Shown: in pieces, positions 41,327-48,860 of the stretch | Layout: each line of letters begins with the position of its first letter | How positions within the stretch are numbered: position 1 is the first letter of the stretch | Source of the DNA: a virus | Lineage: Duplodnaviria > Caudoviricetes | Virus record (IMG/VR): IMGVR_UViG_3300032213_000911 | Span: 2,042-66,041 of that record | Strand: one strand, 5' to 3' | Length of the DNA stretch: 64,000 bases | Position numbers and translations under genes: made by a program | Notes under the pieces: generated by a model | Databases searched by the model: none | What the model saw: the letters and a program-made list of their open reading frames with translations, nothing else | What the model was told of the DNA's origin: nothing

Positions 41327-41339
41327 TTTGGAAAATCGG

Positions 41340-41412
41340 CTTAGGGGTCAAAAATTTATAAAGTGATATCCCCCTCTGTAGCCTCCCCCCTAACCCCCCG
41401 TACCCCCCGTCC
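41340..41412. other. probable physical genome end / terminal-repeat junction
   Basis: C-run cluster and abrupt switch from AT-rich late genes to GC-rich early-type sequence. Confidence 0.45.
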
Positions 41413-41559
41413 GATAAACCAACGCCCGGTAACTAGGGATGCCCCTAGCCGGTTATCGGCCCACATTCGGCAAGGGCATCGGGATCGGCAGGCATCCCGT
41501 ACTACTAGTGTCCTCGCCGCAGCGTGCGGCAGGCAACGCAAGTTCTCGAAAGGATTCCA

Positions 41560-41844
41560 ATGGGTACTATCCTGCGTGGGTTGGTCAGCGAGTGTCTGTC
41601 GAACTTCTCCGAAGATAAGTTGGTCGCGGTTCTTCGGGAGGCGCATCATGTGCTCGGGGATGGTCGCAAGGTGCACGGGTTGTTCTGCGACATGTGGAAG
41701 GTGTTGTTCCCGAATGGCACGCTGGATGATCGCAAGGCCATGTACGCTCGGGTTCTCACGATGGCTAATCTGCCGTCCAAGAACTACGGTAAGGCCGTCA
41801 CGAAGGCCGATGTGTTCTCCCGGCTGGATGCGCTCGGAGTGTGA
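41560..41844 (+). CDS. first early gene, hypothetical (GC-rich codons)
   Basis: AAAGGA RBS before ATG 41560. Confidence 0.65.
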   Translation: MGTILRGLVSECLSNFSEDKLVAVLREAHHVLGDGRKVHGLFCDMWKVLFPNGTLDDRKAMYARVLTMANLPSKNYGKAVTKADVFSRLDALGV

Positions 41845-41847
41845 CAC

Positions 41848-41915
41848 GGATTCCCCCGCGTTGTTCGCGGGGATTCCCTAGGCGATACCCTGCGGGGTAT
41901 CTCTAGGGGATTCCC
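41848..41915. repeat. two GC hairpins flanked by three GGATTCCC copies
   Basis: CCCCGCG/CGCGGGG and CCCTAG-GATACCC/GGGTATC-CTAGGG inverted repeats. Confidence 0.6.
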
Positions 41916-41965
41916 TCGGATGTTCCGATGGATGATGCCCTGCTCTTTTCTAGGAGGATTGTTCC

Positions 41966-42238
41966 ATGAATCTGCTCGACGAAATTCGCAAGGGTTGTTC
42001 GGTGGTGCGTCATGCCCAGATTGTGCTGGCCATCTGGAAGATGGATGGCGAGGCTACCATCACGGAAGTTCTGGAGTATGTCCGTGCGAGAACTGGGAAG
42101 TCTATCGACCGGGAAGACTTGGAGCGTGTTGTTCGCTTCATTCCCTCCTCCAGTTCCCGCAAGGTTCCCGGCGTGAAGTCTGCGCCGGATACCACGCCCA
42201 TGATGCCCCGTTGGGATCGTCCGAAGGTTTCAATCTAA
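41966..42238 (+). CDS. early hypothetical protein, possibly winged-helix
   Basis: AGGAGG RBS; IVLAIWKMDGEATITEVLEYV pattern. Confidence 0.65.
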   Translation: MNLLDEIRKGCSVVRHAQIVLAIWKMDGEATITEVLEYVRARTGKSIDREDLERVVRFIPSSSSRKVPGVKSAPDTTPMMPRWDRPKVSI

Positions 42239-42256
42239 CCCGAAAGGATTCTTCAA

Positions 42257-42511
42257 ATGAAGACCGAATCAACTTTCACTATCGGCATTACTTTGGCGGA
42301 TATTGATGCCTGCGGAGTTATGGAACAATGCGGGAACATTTCCAAGAGAATCGCAGAGATTCAGGAAATGATCGAAATAATCCGTCAGGCTAGCCGCAAG
42401 GGATATCCCGATATTGTTCGGGATCATGCCAACAGGATTATCCCTCGGATTTATAACATCTATCTTCGGGCACAAGTTGCCATGATGGATGCCGAGAAAC
42501 TTGCCAAGTAA
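42257..42511 (+). CDS. early hypothetical protein
   Basis: AAAGGA RBS. Confidence 0.65.
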   Translation: MKTESTFTIGITLADIDACGVMEQCGNISKRIAEIQEMIEIIRQASRKGYPDIVRDHANRIIPRIYNIYLRAQVAMMDAEKLAK

Positions 42512-42609
42512 ATGTCAAACAATCCGCCCCGGTTATCGGGCGCGGGTTGTTGATAGCGAAGCGTTGATAGCGAAATGGTTGGCGAGATGGTTTCTGTAGT
42601 TTTGATTGT

Positions 42610-43160
42610 GGTATTTATTGGTGGATAACCGATAGGTATCTTTCAGGCAGGATTGTGGAAGCGAATCGTAACGAGTGAATCGCTATGAGTTGTATGGGGT
42701 TGTTCACAAAGAACTCAACCATGCAAGTACCGTGAGAATCCACTCACTAAATACGAAGACACCACAGAATCTTCCCTTATGGTATCCCTAGGTGAAATAT
42801 CCTATGGATATCTTTCCCGAAACTGTAGGAATAACCCGCCATTGCAGTAGTTCGGAGAAAACAAGGGTGTATATTTATGGGATTAGCATTCATCTCATAA
42901 ATGAAATAGTGCGAATGTTTTCAGATAGGCTAACCATGTAACCTATCGGTGTTGGCATGGTGGTATCCATAGGTGAAATATCCTATGGATATCTTTCAGT
43001 TGAATAGTTACTATCTCTGCAACAAGTAGCACCCTCTTTGTGTGCCTTGGGATTGTAGAAGTAACTAGGGTTTGTGGTGAACCTTGTAATGTTGGGTCTT
43101 GTGTAAGGACTCTAACTATTCCTTATGGAATAACTGTAGACATAAACCACACTCTCTAAT
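42610..43160 (+). ncRNA. putative structured non-coding segments punctuated by hairpin+TTTC elements
   Basis: No ORF of 60 aa or more; many nested stems with G-U pairs; repeated hairpins at 42610, 42781 and 42962. Confidence 0.5.
42780..42997 (+). repeat. 37-nt direct repeat pair (42780-42816, 42961-42997), each a hairpin
   Basis: TGGTATCC(C/A)TAGGTGAAATATCCTATGGATATCTTTC, one mismatch. Confidence 0.9.
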
Positions 43161-43186
43161 CCGGCTATGCCGGGAAAGGTTTGCAC

Positions 43187-43384
43187 ATGATTCAGCATTC
43201 GTCAAACTTCCGAGACAGAACTAACCGTTGTATTGTTTCTCTTCAGGAAGGTTTTCGTGATCGACTGAAGGAATCTTTGCCACTCCATAAGCATGGATTA
43301 GTTGATTCAATGTTTGAATCCCTGAATCTTTATGCTCAGGAAGTTGAGAGTCTTCAGCAACAGATTGATAGGATTTCAGCATGA
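43187..43384 (+). CDS. early hypothetical protein
   Basis: GAAAGG RBS; stop overlaps next start. Confidence 0.55.
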   Translation: MIQHSSNFRDRTNRCIVSLQEGFRDRLKESLPLHKHGLVDSMFESLNLYAQEVESLQQQIDRISA

Positions 43385-43752
43385 ACATCTATAAGTTTGT
43401 TCAGAACAATAGCGGTGGATATTATGTTGGCCCTGCTGAGTTTGTTGTTCGTGCTGAATCTGTAGAAGGTGCTTGGGCTGAACTAAAGAAGCAAGAATGG
43501 TTTACTACAGATTTCTGTGAGTGTTGTGGTGAGCGTTGGTATAACCCCGAGGTTCTTGAACCAATAAAGGAAAACAGTATGAACTGGAATGACATTGCAG
43601 GTGTTAATCTGACTGATACTGAGTTGAAGGAACTTCGCTCTACTGTCAAGTCTTTGCAGGATACTGTTAAGGATTTGCGGGCAAGTCTTGAAATCGAGCA
43701 GATGTTGAATCGTGCTTTGATGAAGAAGGTTCAGAGGTTTGAGAATGTTTGA
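43381..43752 (+). CDS. early protein with QNNSGG...CECCGERW domain fused to a coiled coil
   Basis: QNNSGG and CxCCGxRW motifs; in-frame internal ATG 43579 with AAGGA RBS. Confidence 0.7.
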   Translation: MNIYKFVQNNSGGYYVGPAEFVVRAESVEGAWAELKKQEWFTTDFCECCGERWYNPEVLEPIKENSMNWNDIAGVNLTDTELKELRSTVKSLQDTVKDLRASLEIEQMLNRALMKKVQRFENV

Positions 43753-43834
43753 GCTTCTTGCCATTGCTTTGGTTGTTGTTACTTGTATTGTTATTACTTG
43801 TGTTGCATTGCACAATGTAAACAAACTTGGATAA
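43745..43834 (+). CDS. 29-aa membrane peptide
   Basis: MFELLAIALVVVTCIVITCVALHNVNKLG; GAGG upstream. Confidence 0.45.
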   Translation: MFELLAIALVVVTCIVITCVALHNVNKLG

Positions 43835-43846
43835 CTGATCTCTCCC

Positions 43847-44055
43847 GCATTCTCATGGTAGAAATATCATGGGAGTGTTTCAGGCATTTCGCGTGGTAGC
43901 CTCTTAGATAACCACATATGTTGTATAGCAACTACACCTATACAAAGGAGACACATGTAGGGTACTAGGTAAACGCGTAGTCCATAACCTAGGTAGGCAA
44001 GTGGTTCGCCACGGGATTCTCTTTCGGGAGAATCCCCTACGATGTACTTGTCTGT
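43847..44055 (+). ncRNA. putative multibranch structured RNA preceded by a hairpin+TTTCAGG element
   Basis: ACAT-GTAGGG/CCCTAC-G-ATGT closes three hairpins, two with TTCG loops. Confidence 0.5.
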
Positions 44056-44081
44056 TCTTTTCCATCTTATAGGAGAATCAA

Positions 44082-44351
44082 ATGAAGAATCGTGAAACTA
44101 CACTTTATGGGGAACAGTTTGAAACTGTTCTTATTTGTTTGCGAGATAGAATGGTTAGTATTGCAGAAGATATTAAGAAAGCACCATACCATTCAGATAA
44201 TGGTGAAGGTTGTCATGGTGATGATGATTGGCGTTATAACCTACACATGAGTACGCTCGTTTATAAAATGTCTCAAGTTAGTACATTGTATTATGAGATG
44301 GTTACTCAATGTGATTATGTTGACAATGATGGACAAACTAACAATGGATGA
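44082..44351 (+). CDS. early hypothetical protein
   Basis: AGGAG RBS. Confidence 0.65.
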   Translation: MKNRETTLYGEQFETVLICLRDRMVSIAEDIKKAPYHSDNGEGCHGDDDWRYNLHMSTLVYKMSQVSTLYYEMVTQCDYVDNDGQTNNG

Positions 44352-44579
44352 GTTTATTATTATCAGTTGGTACATAAAGGTTATTGTTCTTTGTGTACTG
44401 TCCCCCGTGATCTTGTTTCTTTATTACAAGGATAAGCGAAACTTAAATGGACAATGATTATTGGGCAGCTTATGCTGCTGTTGATTGTATTGTTGAATCA
44501 GACCTAATCGCTGAAGAAGATGATTATGTTGTGATTTCTATTCCTCGTTCTCTGTGGGATTCTTATCAGGAGTTGGCAA

Positions 44580-44792
44580 ATGGAAACTAGTGCACCTAAT
44601 ACTTATATGGATTGGTGGGTAGTGTATCGTACTGTTGATAATCGCAAGTGGCGTACTCTCAGTTACCACGATACTAAGTATGATGCTAATCGTGCAGCAA
44701 TGCAAGCAATGTTTGGTGTTGTTGGTACTGATGTTGTGTGTGTTCACCGTGATGATCTTGAACCCTATCTTGGAGATAACGCAAATGCCTAA
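44580..44792 (+). CDS. early hypothetical protein
   Basis: AGGAG RBS; overlaps its neighbours. Confidence 0.6.
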   Translation: METSAPNTYMDWWVVYRTVDNRKWRTLSYHDTKYDANRAAMQAMFGVVGTDVVCVHRDDLEPYLGDNANA

Positions 44793-45300
44793 CTGGTGTA
44801 TGAATACTGTTGTTGCAAAGCACTCTGATCCTAAGAAGATTGCTGGTCTTAGGGATGCTCTTGTTCTTGATGTGTTCTTTGAACATATTATTCCTATTGG
44901 TGAATGGGACTATAACAAGGCTATTGATAAGTGGTCTACCAAGTGGGAAGCATCTGGTATTTCTTGGATGAAGTTCCCTGATGGTAGGACTGGTAATGAT
45001 TATCTTGAGATTTCTTTTGAATCTGCTTGGTGTCCTCCAGAGAATGTTTATGAGGCTATGATTCAGGATGGTTGGCGTATTACTGCTTACTTCTATGAAC
45101 CCGGTATGGGGTTTGTTGGTAAGTACGGTACTGATCTTGATGGTATCTACGAGGAATCATATGAGATCAATAATGAACCTATTCCTGCTGAGTTGGTTGA
45201 GATGTTTGGTATTCAAGAGATGTTTGAGGATACCGAGTATGAACTTGTTGAAAATGATGATGGTTTCTATGAAGTAAAGGAGATTGAGAATGCCGACTGA
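44785..45300 (+). CDS. DUF1281/YubB-like ferredoxin-fold protein
   Basis: MPNWCMN, WSTKW, FESAWCPP, YEPGMGFVG motifs; GGAG RBS. Confidence 0.75.
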   Translation: MPNWCMNTVVAKHSDPKKIAGLRDALVLDVFFEHIIPIGEWDYNKAIDKWSTKWEASGISWMKFPDGRTGNDYLEISFESAWCPPENVYEAMIQDGWRITAYFYEPGMGFVGKYGTDLDGIYEESYEINNEPIPAELVEMFGIQEMFEDTEYELVENDDGFYEVKEIENAD

Positions 45301-45652
45301 AACTAGTGTGATTATTCCTAAGCATGATAATCAGTATGCTAAGACTGATGTTGCTCAGTCTATCTTTGAAACTTTTGTTTGGTATGTGTCTACTCACTTT
45401 GGTGGGTGTTCTGTTGTTGAAGGACAGGGATTCTATAAGATGAGTGACACCAAGGTTCAATGTGATGAATGGTGGAAGGTTAGTATTACCTATGACAAGC
45501 AGGAAGAAGTTGATTCTTGTGTTCAGGCTCTAATCAATACACTTTGCAAGCAACTTGGTCAGGAATCTGTTATGGTTACTTATACTGAAGTTGCTGTTAT
45601 GTTTTCGGCAGAATCTAAGATCAATACAAAGGATATCTATGCTCTTGTTTGA
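45290..45652 (+). CDS. putative S-adenosylmethionine lyase (T3 SAMase-like)
   Basis: GGCSVVEGQGFYK...DEWWKV...LGQESVMV parallels the T3 SAMase G-Y-K, E and Q-x-x-V-L-V signature. Confidence 0.55.
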   Translation: MPTETSVIIPKHDNQYAKTDVAQSIFETFVWYVSTHFGGCSVVEGQGFYKMSDTKVQCDEWWKVSITYDKQEEVDSCVQALINTLCKQLGQESVMVTYTEVAVMFSAESKINTKDIYALV

Positions 45653-45884
45653 ATATTTTGTGTTCAACAGTCTGTCTAACGACAATCCACGAAATGTCAA
45701 TCCAGCTGTATTCCGTAAGGTTTATGGTATCAATGGTGCTGGAGATGAATATGTTGGATGCTTGTCTAATATCCTAGATTCTGTTGATTTTTACAAGCGT
45801 AACCTTGAAGTTGCACTTGATAAGATTCGTAAGTTGGAGTATGATCTCAAGCATTATAAGGAGAATACCGATGGGACTGCTTAA
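45639..45884 (+). CDS. early hypothetical protein
   Basis: AAGGA RBS before ATG 45639. Confidence 0.55.
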   Translation: MLLFEYFVFNSLSNDNPRNVNPAVFRKVYGINGAGDEYVGCLSNILDSVDFYKRNLEVALDKIRKLEYDLKHYKENTDGTA

Positions 45885-46080
45885 GTTGAAGGCTAATAAG
45901 AAGTTGAATGGTAAGCATTATCGTTGGGGTGATCTGTATGATTCGTGGAATCAGACACAGAAGGATCACTTTGATGGTAAGTTGGATGTGTATGCTCCTA
46001 TCATGCGTAATAATATTCAGTATCCTAGCATTGCGGATCAATGGAAGGCAGACTTTTCAAGGAAGATTAAGAATGGATAA
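45871..46080 (+). CDS. early hypothetical protein
   Basis: AAGGAG RBS before ATG 45871. Confidence 0.55.
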   Translation: MGLLKLKANKKLNGKHYRWGDLYDSWNQTQKDHFDGKLDVYAPIMRNNIQYPSIADQWKADFSRKIKNG

Positions 46081-46276
46081 CAGTCAATACAAGTTTGAAT
46101 ATATGGGTGATGAGTATGTTGCTCATCTGAGTCATATTGAAGACCCTGATGGTGCTCCTCATGTTGAGATTGATCACATTGAGGATATCTATGGATCTCA
46201 TATTGAGCCAACAGAAGATGATGAGTTTGGTAATGAACTGTACCAATATTTTTGGGAGAACTATAGTGGGTCTTGA
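46073..46276 (+). CDS. acidic early hypothetical protein
   Basis: AAGGA RBS; D/E-rich. Confidence 0.55.
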   Translation: MDNSQYKFEYMGDEYVAHLSHIEDPDGAPHVEIDHIEDIYGSHIEPTEDDEFGNELYQYFWENYSGS

Positions 46277-46652
46277 TATTTACGCAATGGAAACCAAGAA
46301 TGCTGATCCTGAGTTGTTTGCTGGAATTAAGCTTTGTGGTGGTGAGTTGCATACTGATACTACTAGTTTTCGTGGTAAGGTATACGAGTCTCTTGTTCAA
46401 TGGATGACTGGTGATGAGGTTACTCTTTATCAGGAAGTTGTTCCATTTGATGATCTTCGTAAACTTGCTGATCAGTTTGCCTTGTTCTTTACCGAAAATC
46501 CTGATGACACTAAAGCACAGGAACTTCTGAATGAACTGTTTTACAATACAAAGCAGATTGATTATGCCCATACTGTTGATGAGGTTCGTAACCTTCTTAA
46601 GTTTTTTAATGTTTGTCTTGATAACAATCTTCATCTGAGAGGATGGTGGTAA
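46266..46652 (+). CDS. early hypothetical protein (MGLD-start phage family)
   Basis: GGAG RBS, GTG start, MGLDIY...RGWW. Confidence 0.65.
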   Translation: MGLDIYAMETKNADPELFAGIKLCGGELHTDTTSFRGKVYESLVQWMTGDEVTLYQEVVPFDDLRKLADQFALFFTENPDDTKAQELLNELFYNTKQIDYAHTVDEVRNLLKFFNVCLDNNLHLRGWW

Positions 46653-47144
46653 ATGTCTGAAGCAGAAATTAATGATGCTCTTGATTGGCTTTTGGTTAAT
46701 GATTTTGTTTCTGTTAGTTGGGATGAGAATGGTGTTGATTACTATAGTGTAACTGAAAAGGGCGAAACATATTTTAATTTGCTTAATGCTTTTAAGGAAG
46801 AAGATTCAGATGATGGATATCAAGTATGTTGATTGGGTTCATCGTCTAGATATGATGCTTCTTGACGAGGCTATTGTTTGGGAAGATGTTGCTCAGTTTA
46901 TGCCGCACCATTATTATCTTCTTGGTAAGTCTCCAGAAGATTTTATGTTTGACATGAAGGAAATGATCAATGATTAATTACTATGTTATGAAGGTTAATA
47001 CTGGATGGTATGAGGTCCGCCGTTCTTATGGTAACGGTTCGAATAATGTCGAGGTTATTGATGCCTTTGAAGATGAATCAGACGCTTTTAATTTTAAGTC
47101 TTGGCTTGAGAATAAGGATGGTAATCTGATCGGTTTCTATCCCT

Positions 47145-47166
47145 AAAGTTGGGGCTACTGATAGGG
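47145..47166 (+). promoter_or_regulatory. candidate phage RNAP promoter
   Basis: AAAGTTGGGGCTACTGATAGGG; near-identical intergenic copy at 54050. Confidence 0.6.
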
Positions 47167-47178
47167 ACCACAATACTC

Positions 47179-47251
47179 GCCCTCTTAGCTCAGTTGGTAG
47201 AGCAGTTGACTTTTAATCAATAGGTCGTAGGTTCGATCCCTACAGGGGGCA
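47179..47251 (+). tRNA. tRNA-Lys(TTT)
   Basis: Canonical cloverleaf; GTTGA-CTTTTAA-TCAAT. Confidence 0.93.
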
Positions 47252-47254
47252 CTT

Positions 47255-47587
47255 ATGGAGAATCTTATGAAAGAGTTATTTAGAGACTATGAAGAAATCA
47301 ATATTAATATTAATTGTATTGATTACTTAGTTAACTTTAGATCCCTTGAGTTCTGGCATCTTGTTGATAATGGTATTGGTTGGTATGATTACTTTGGTGC
47401 TACAGGTATCCATGAAGAATGGGAATGGGAACTTGGTGATGTAGAGATATCTGATATTTCAATTATTGAGTTTGATGAAGATGAAAACTCAATACTCAAA
47501 CCAATTGAGTCTTTTGATTCTGCATTCGCTATCAACATTTACGAAGCGTGCCACAAGTATACTAAGGATAATGCTATAGAGCCTTGA
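47255..47587 (+). CDS. acidic hypothetical protein
   Basis: 110-aa ORF between tRNAs. Confidence 0.55.
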   Translation: MENLMKELFRDYEEINININCIDYLVNFRSLEFWHLVDNGIGWYDYFGATGIHEEWEWELGDVEISDISIIEFDEDENSILKPIESFDSAFAINIYEACHKYTKDNAIEP

Positions 47588-47592
47588 TTTAC

Positions 47593-47666
47593 TGGGATGT
47601 GCCTGAACTGGAGGAAGGCCGTGACTTATAATCGCGTATATGCGGGTTCGAGTCCCGCCATCCCTA
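47593..47666 (+). tRNA. tRNA-Ile(TAT)
   Basis: CGTGA-CTTATAA-TCGCG anticodon arm; GCGGG-TTCGAGT-CCCGC T arm; T1-T72 mismatch. Confidence 0.85.
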
Positions 47667-47707
47667 CTATTGTTTTGTTGTTTAATTCTATTTGAAAGGA
47701 AAGTGTA

Positions 47708-48103
47708 ATGAGTACTTTTGCAGAGCAGCTTGATGAACTGATTAAGGATACTGTCGGTGATCTTATTGATGAGAAGATTGAAACCGAACTTAGTAACTTT
47801 AAGGATGATATTGACAACATTCGTTATGAGACTGAGCAGATGTGTGATTCTAATATCTCAGACATGAAGGATGACATTCTTTCTGAAGTCGATGCTATGG
47901 TTAATGATGTTGTTGGAGATAGGCTTGAAGAACTTAAGCAGAACGGCAGTACTATTAATAATAACGATATGCGTTATATTAATGATCTGATTAAGTCTGT
48001 TGTTGATGAGCGTCTTTGCAATGCTGTGACTACAATTTATCAATCCGTTATGAAGGAGTTGAATGGTTTTGTTCAATCCACTCCTCCATACAAGGGTAAT
48101 TGA
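47708..48103 (+). CDS. very acidic helical protein
   Basis: AAAGGA RBS; D/E-rich. Confidence 0.7.
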   Translation: MSTFAEQLDELIKDTVGDLIDEKIETELSNFKDDIDNIRYETEQMCDSNISDMKDDILSEVDAMVNDVVGDRLEELKQNGSTINNNDMRYINDLIKSVVDERLCNAVTTIYQSVMKELNGFVQSTPPYKGN

Positions 48104-48110
48104 TTCATGT

Positions 48111-48184
48111 GTTCCTGTAGCTCAATTGGATAGAGCGTGGCACTTCTAATGCTAAGGCTAATGGTTCGATTCCATTCAGGAACG
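48111..48184 (+). tRNA. tRNA-Arg(TCT)
   Basis: GTTCCTG/CAGGAAC acceptor; TGGCA-CTTCTAA-TGCTA. Confidence 0.92.
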
Positions 48185-48333
48185 CTTTATGAAATATGGT
48201 CTATGGTGTAAAAATTTAAAAGATTGGATGATGGAAAATAAAAACGACATTGCTTATTGGGAATCTGATAAAGAGGCCGATAAGTGGCGTAAAAGTCATA
48301 CTGTTCATCCAGATAATTACGAAGTAAAGAAAC

Positions 48334-48362
48334 TTGACAAGCGCAAGGAGATGTGATATAAT
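48334..48362 (+). promoter_or_regulatory. consensus sigma70 promoter
   Basis: TTGACA (48334-39), 17-nt spacer, TG-n-TATAAT (48357-62). Confidence 0.8.
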
Positions 48363-48525
48363 GAGCGGTAAGCATTCAGCTGGTAAGGGTGATAAGTATC
48401 GCCCATTGGATAAGAAGCAATACGATAAGAACTATGAGGCTATCTTTGGTAAGAAGAAGCCTAAGAAAAAGAATACTGAAAAAATTATTAAGCAACTTGA
48501 TGATTTGTTTGATGGTAAGATTTAA
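48361..48525 (+). CDS. small basic protein (AGKGDKYRP...YDKNYEAIFG)
   Basis: AAGGAG RBS; motif common in phage small proteins. Confidence 0.6.
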   Translation: MSGKHSAGKGDKYRPLDKKQYDKNYEAIFGKKKPKKKNTEKIIKQLDDLFDGKI

Positions 48526-48532
48526 ATACTAC

Positions 48533-48605
48533 GGCCAAGTAGACCAACGGCAGAGTCAAGACACTTAAAATGTTTGTAGTGTGGGTTCGAATCCCACCTT
48601 GGTCA
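48533..48605 (+). tRNA. tRNA-Leu(TAA), short variable loop
   Basis: GGCCAAG/CTTGGTC acceptor; AGACA-CTTAAAA-TGTTT; GTGGG-TTCGAAT-CCCAC. Confidence 0.88.
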
Positions 48606-48609
48606 TGTT

Positions 48610-48682
48610 GGGGCTATCGTCTAGTGGTCTAGGATAGGAGGCTTTCATCCTCTTGACCGGAGTTCGAATCTCCGTAGCCTCA
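48610..48682 (+). tRNA. tRNA-Glu(TTC)
   Basis: GGGGCTA/TAGCCTC acceptor; GGAGG-CTTTCAT-CCTCT. Confidence 0.92.
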
Positions 48683-48860
48683 CTATTGGAGTTTATATGA
48701 AACAAAGTAGAAACAAAGATAAAGACAGATACAAGTATAAAAAGAAAGAACAGAATAAGGGTTGGGGTAAGCAAAAGAGAGATCGTATTAAAGAAGATTT
48801 TAAAGTTCGTGATCGTTCTGATTTTAATTAGCATCTGTTGATGCAGAAAGGTGTGCTATA

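Noticed and set aside
42780-42997. CRISPR mini-array
   Set aside because: Only two near-identical repeats, 144 nt apart, with a structured intervening segment and no cas genes
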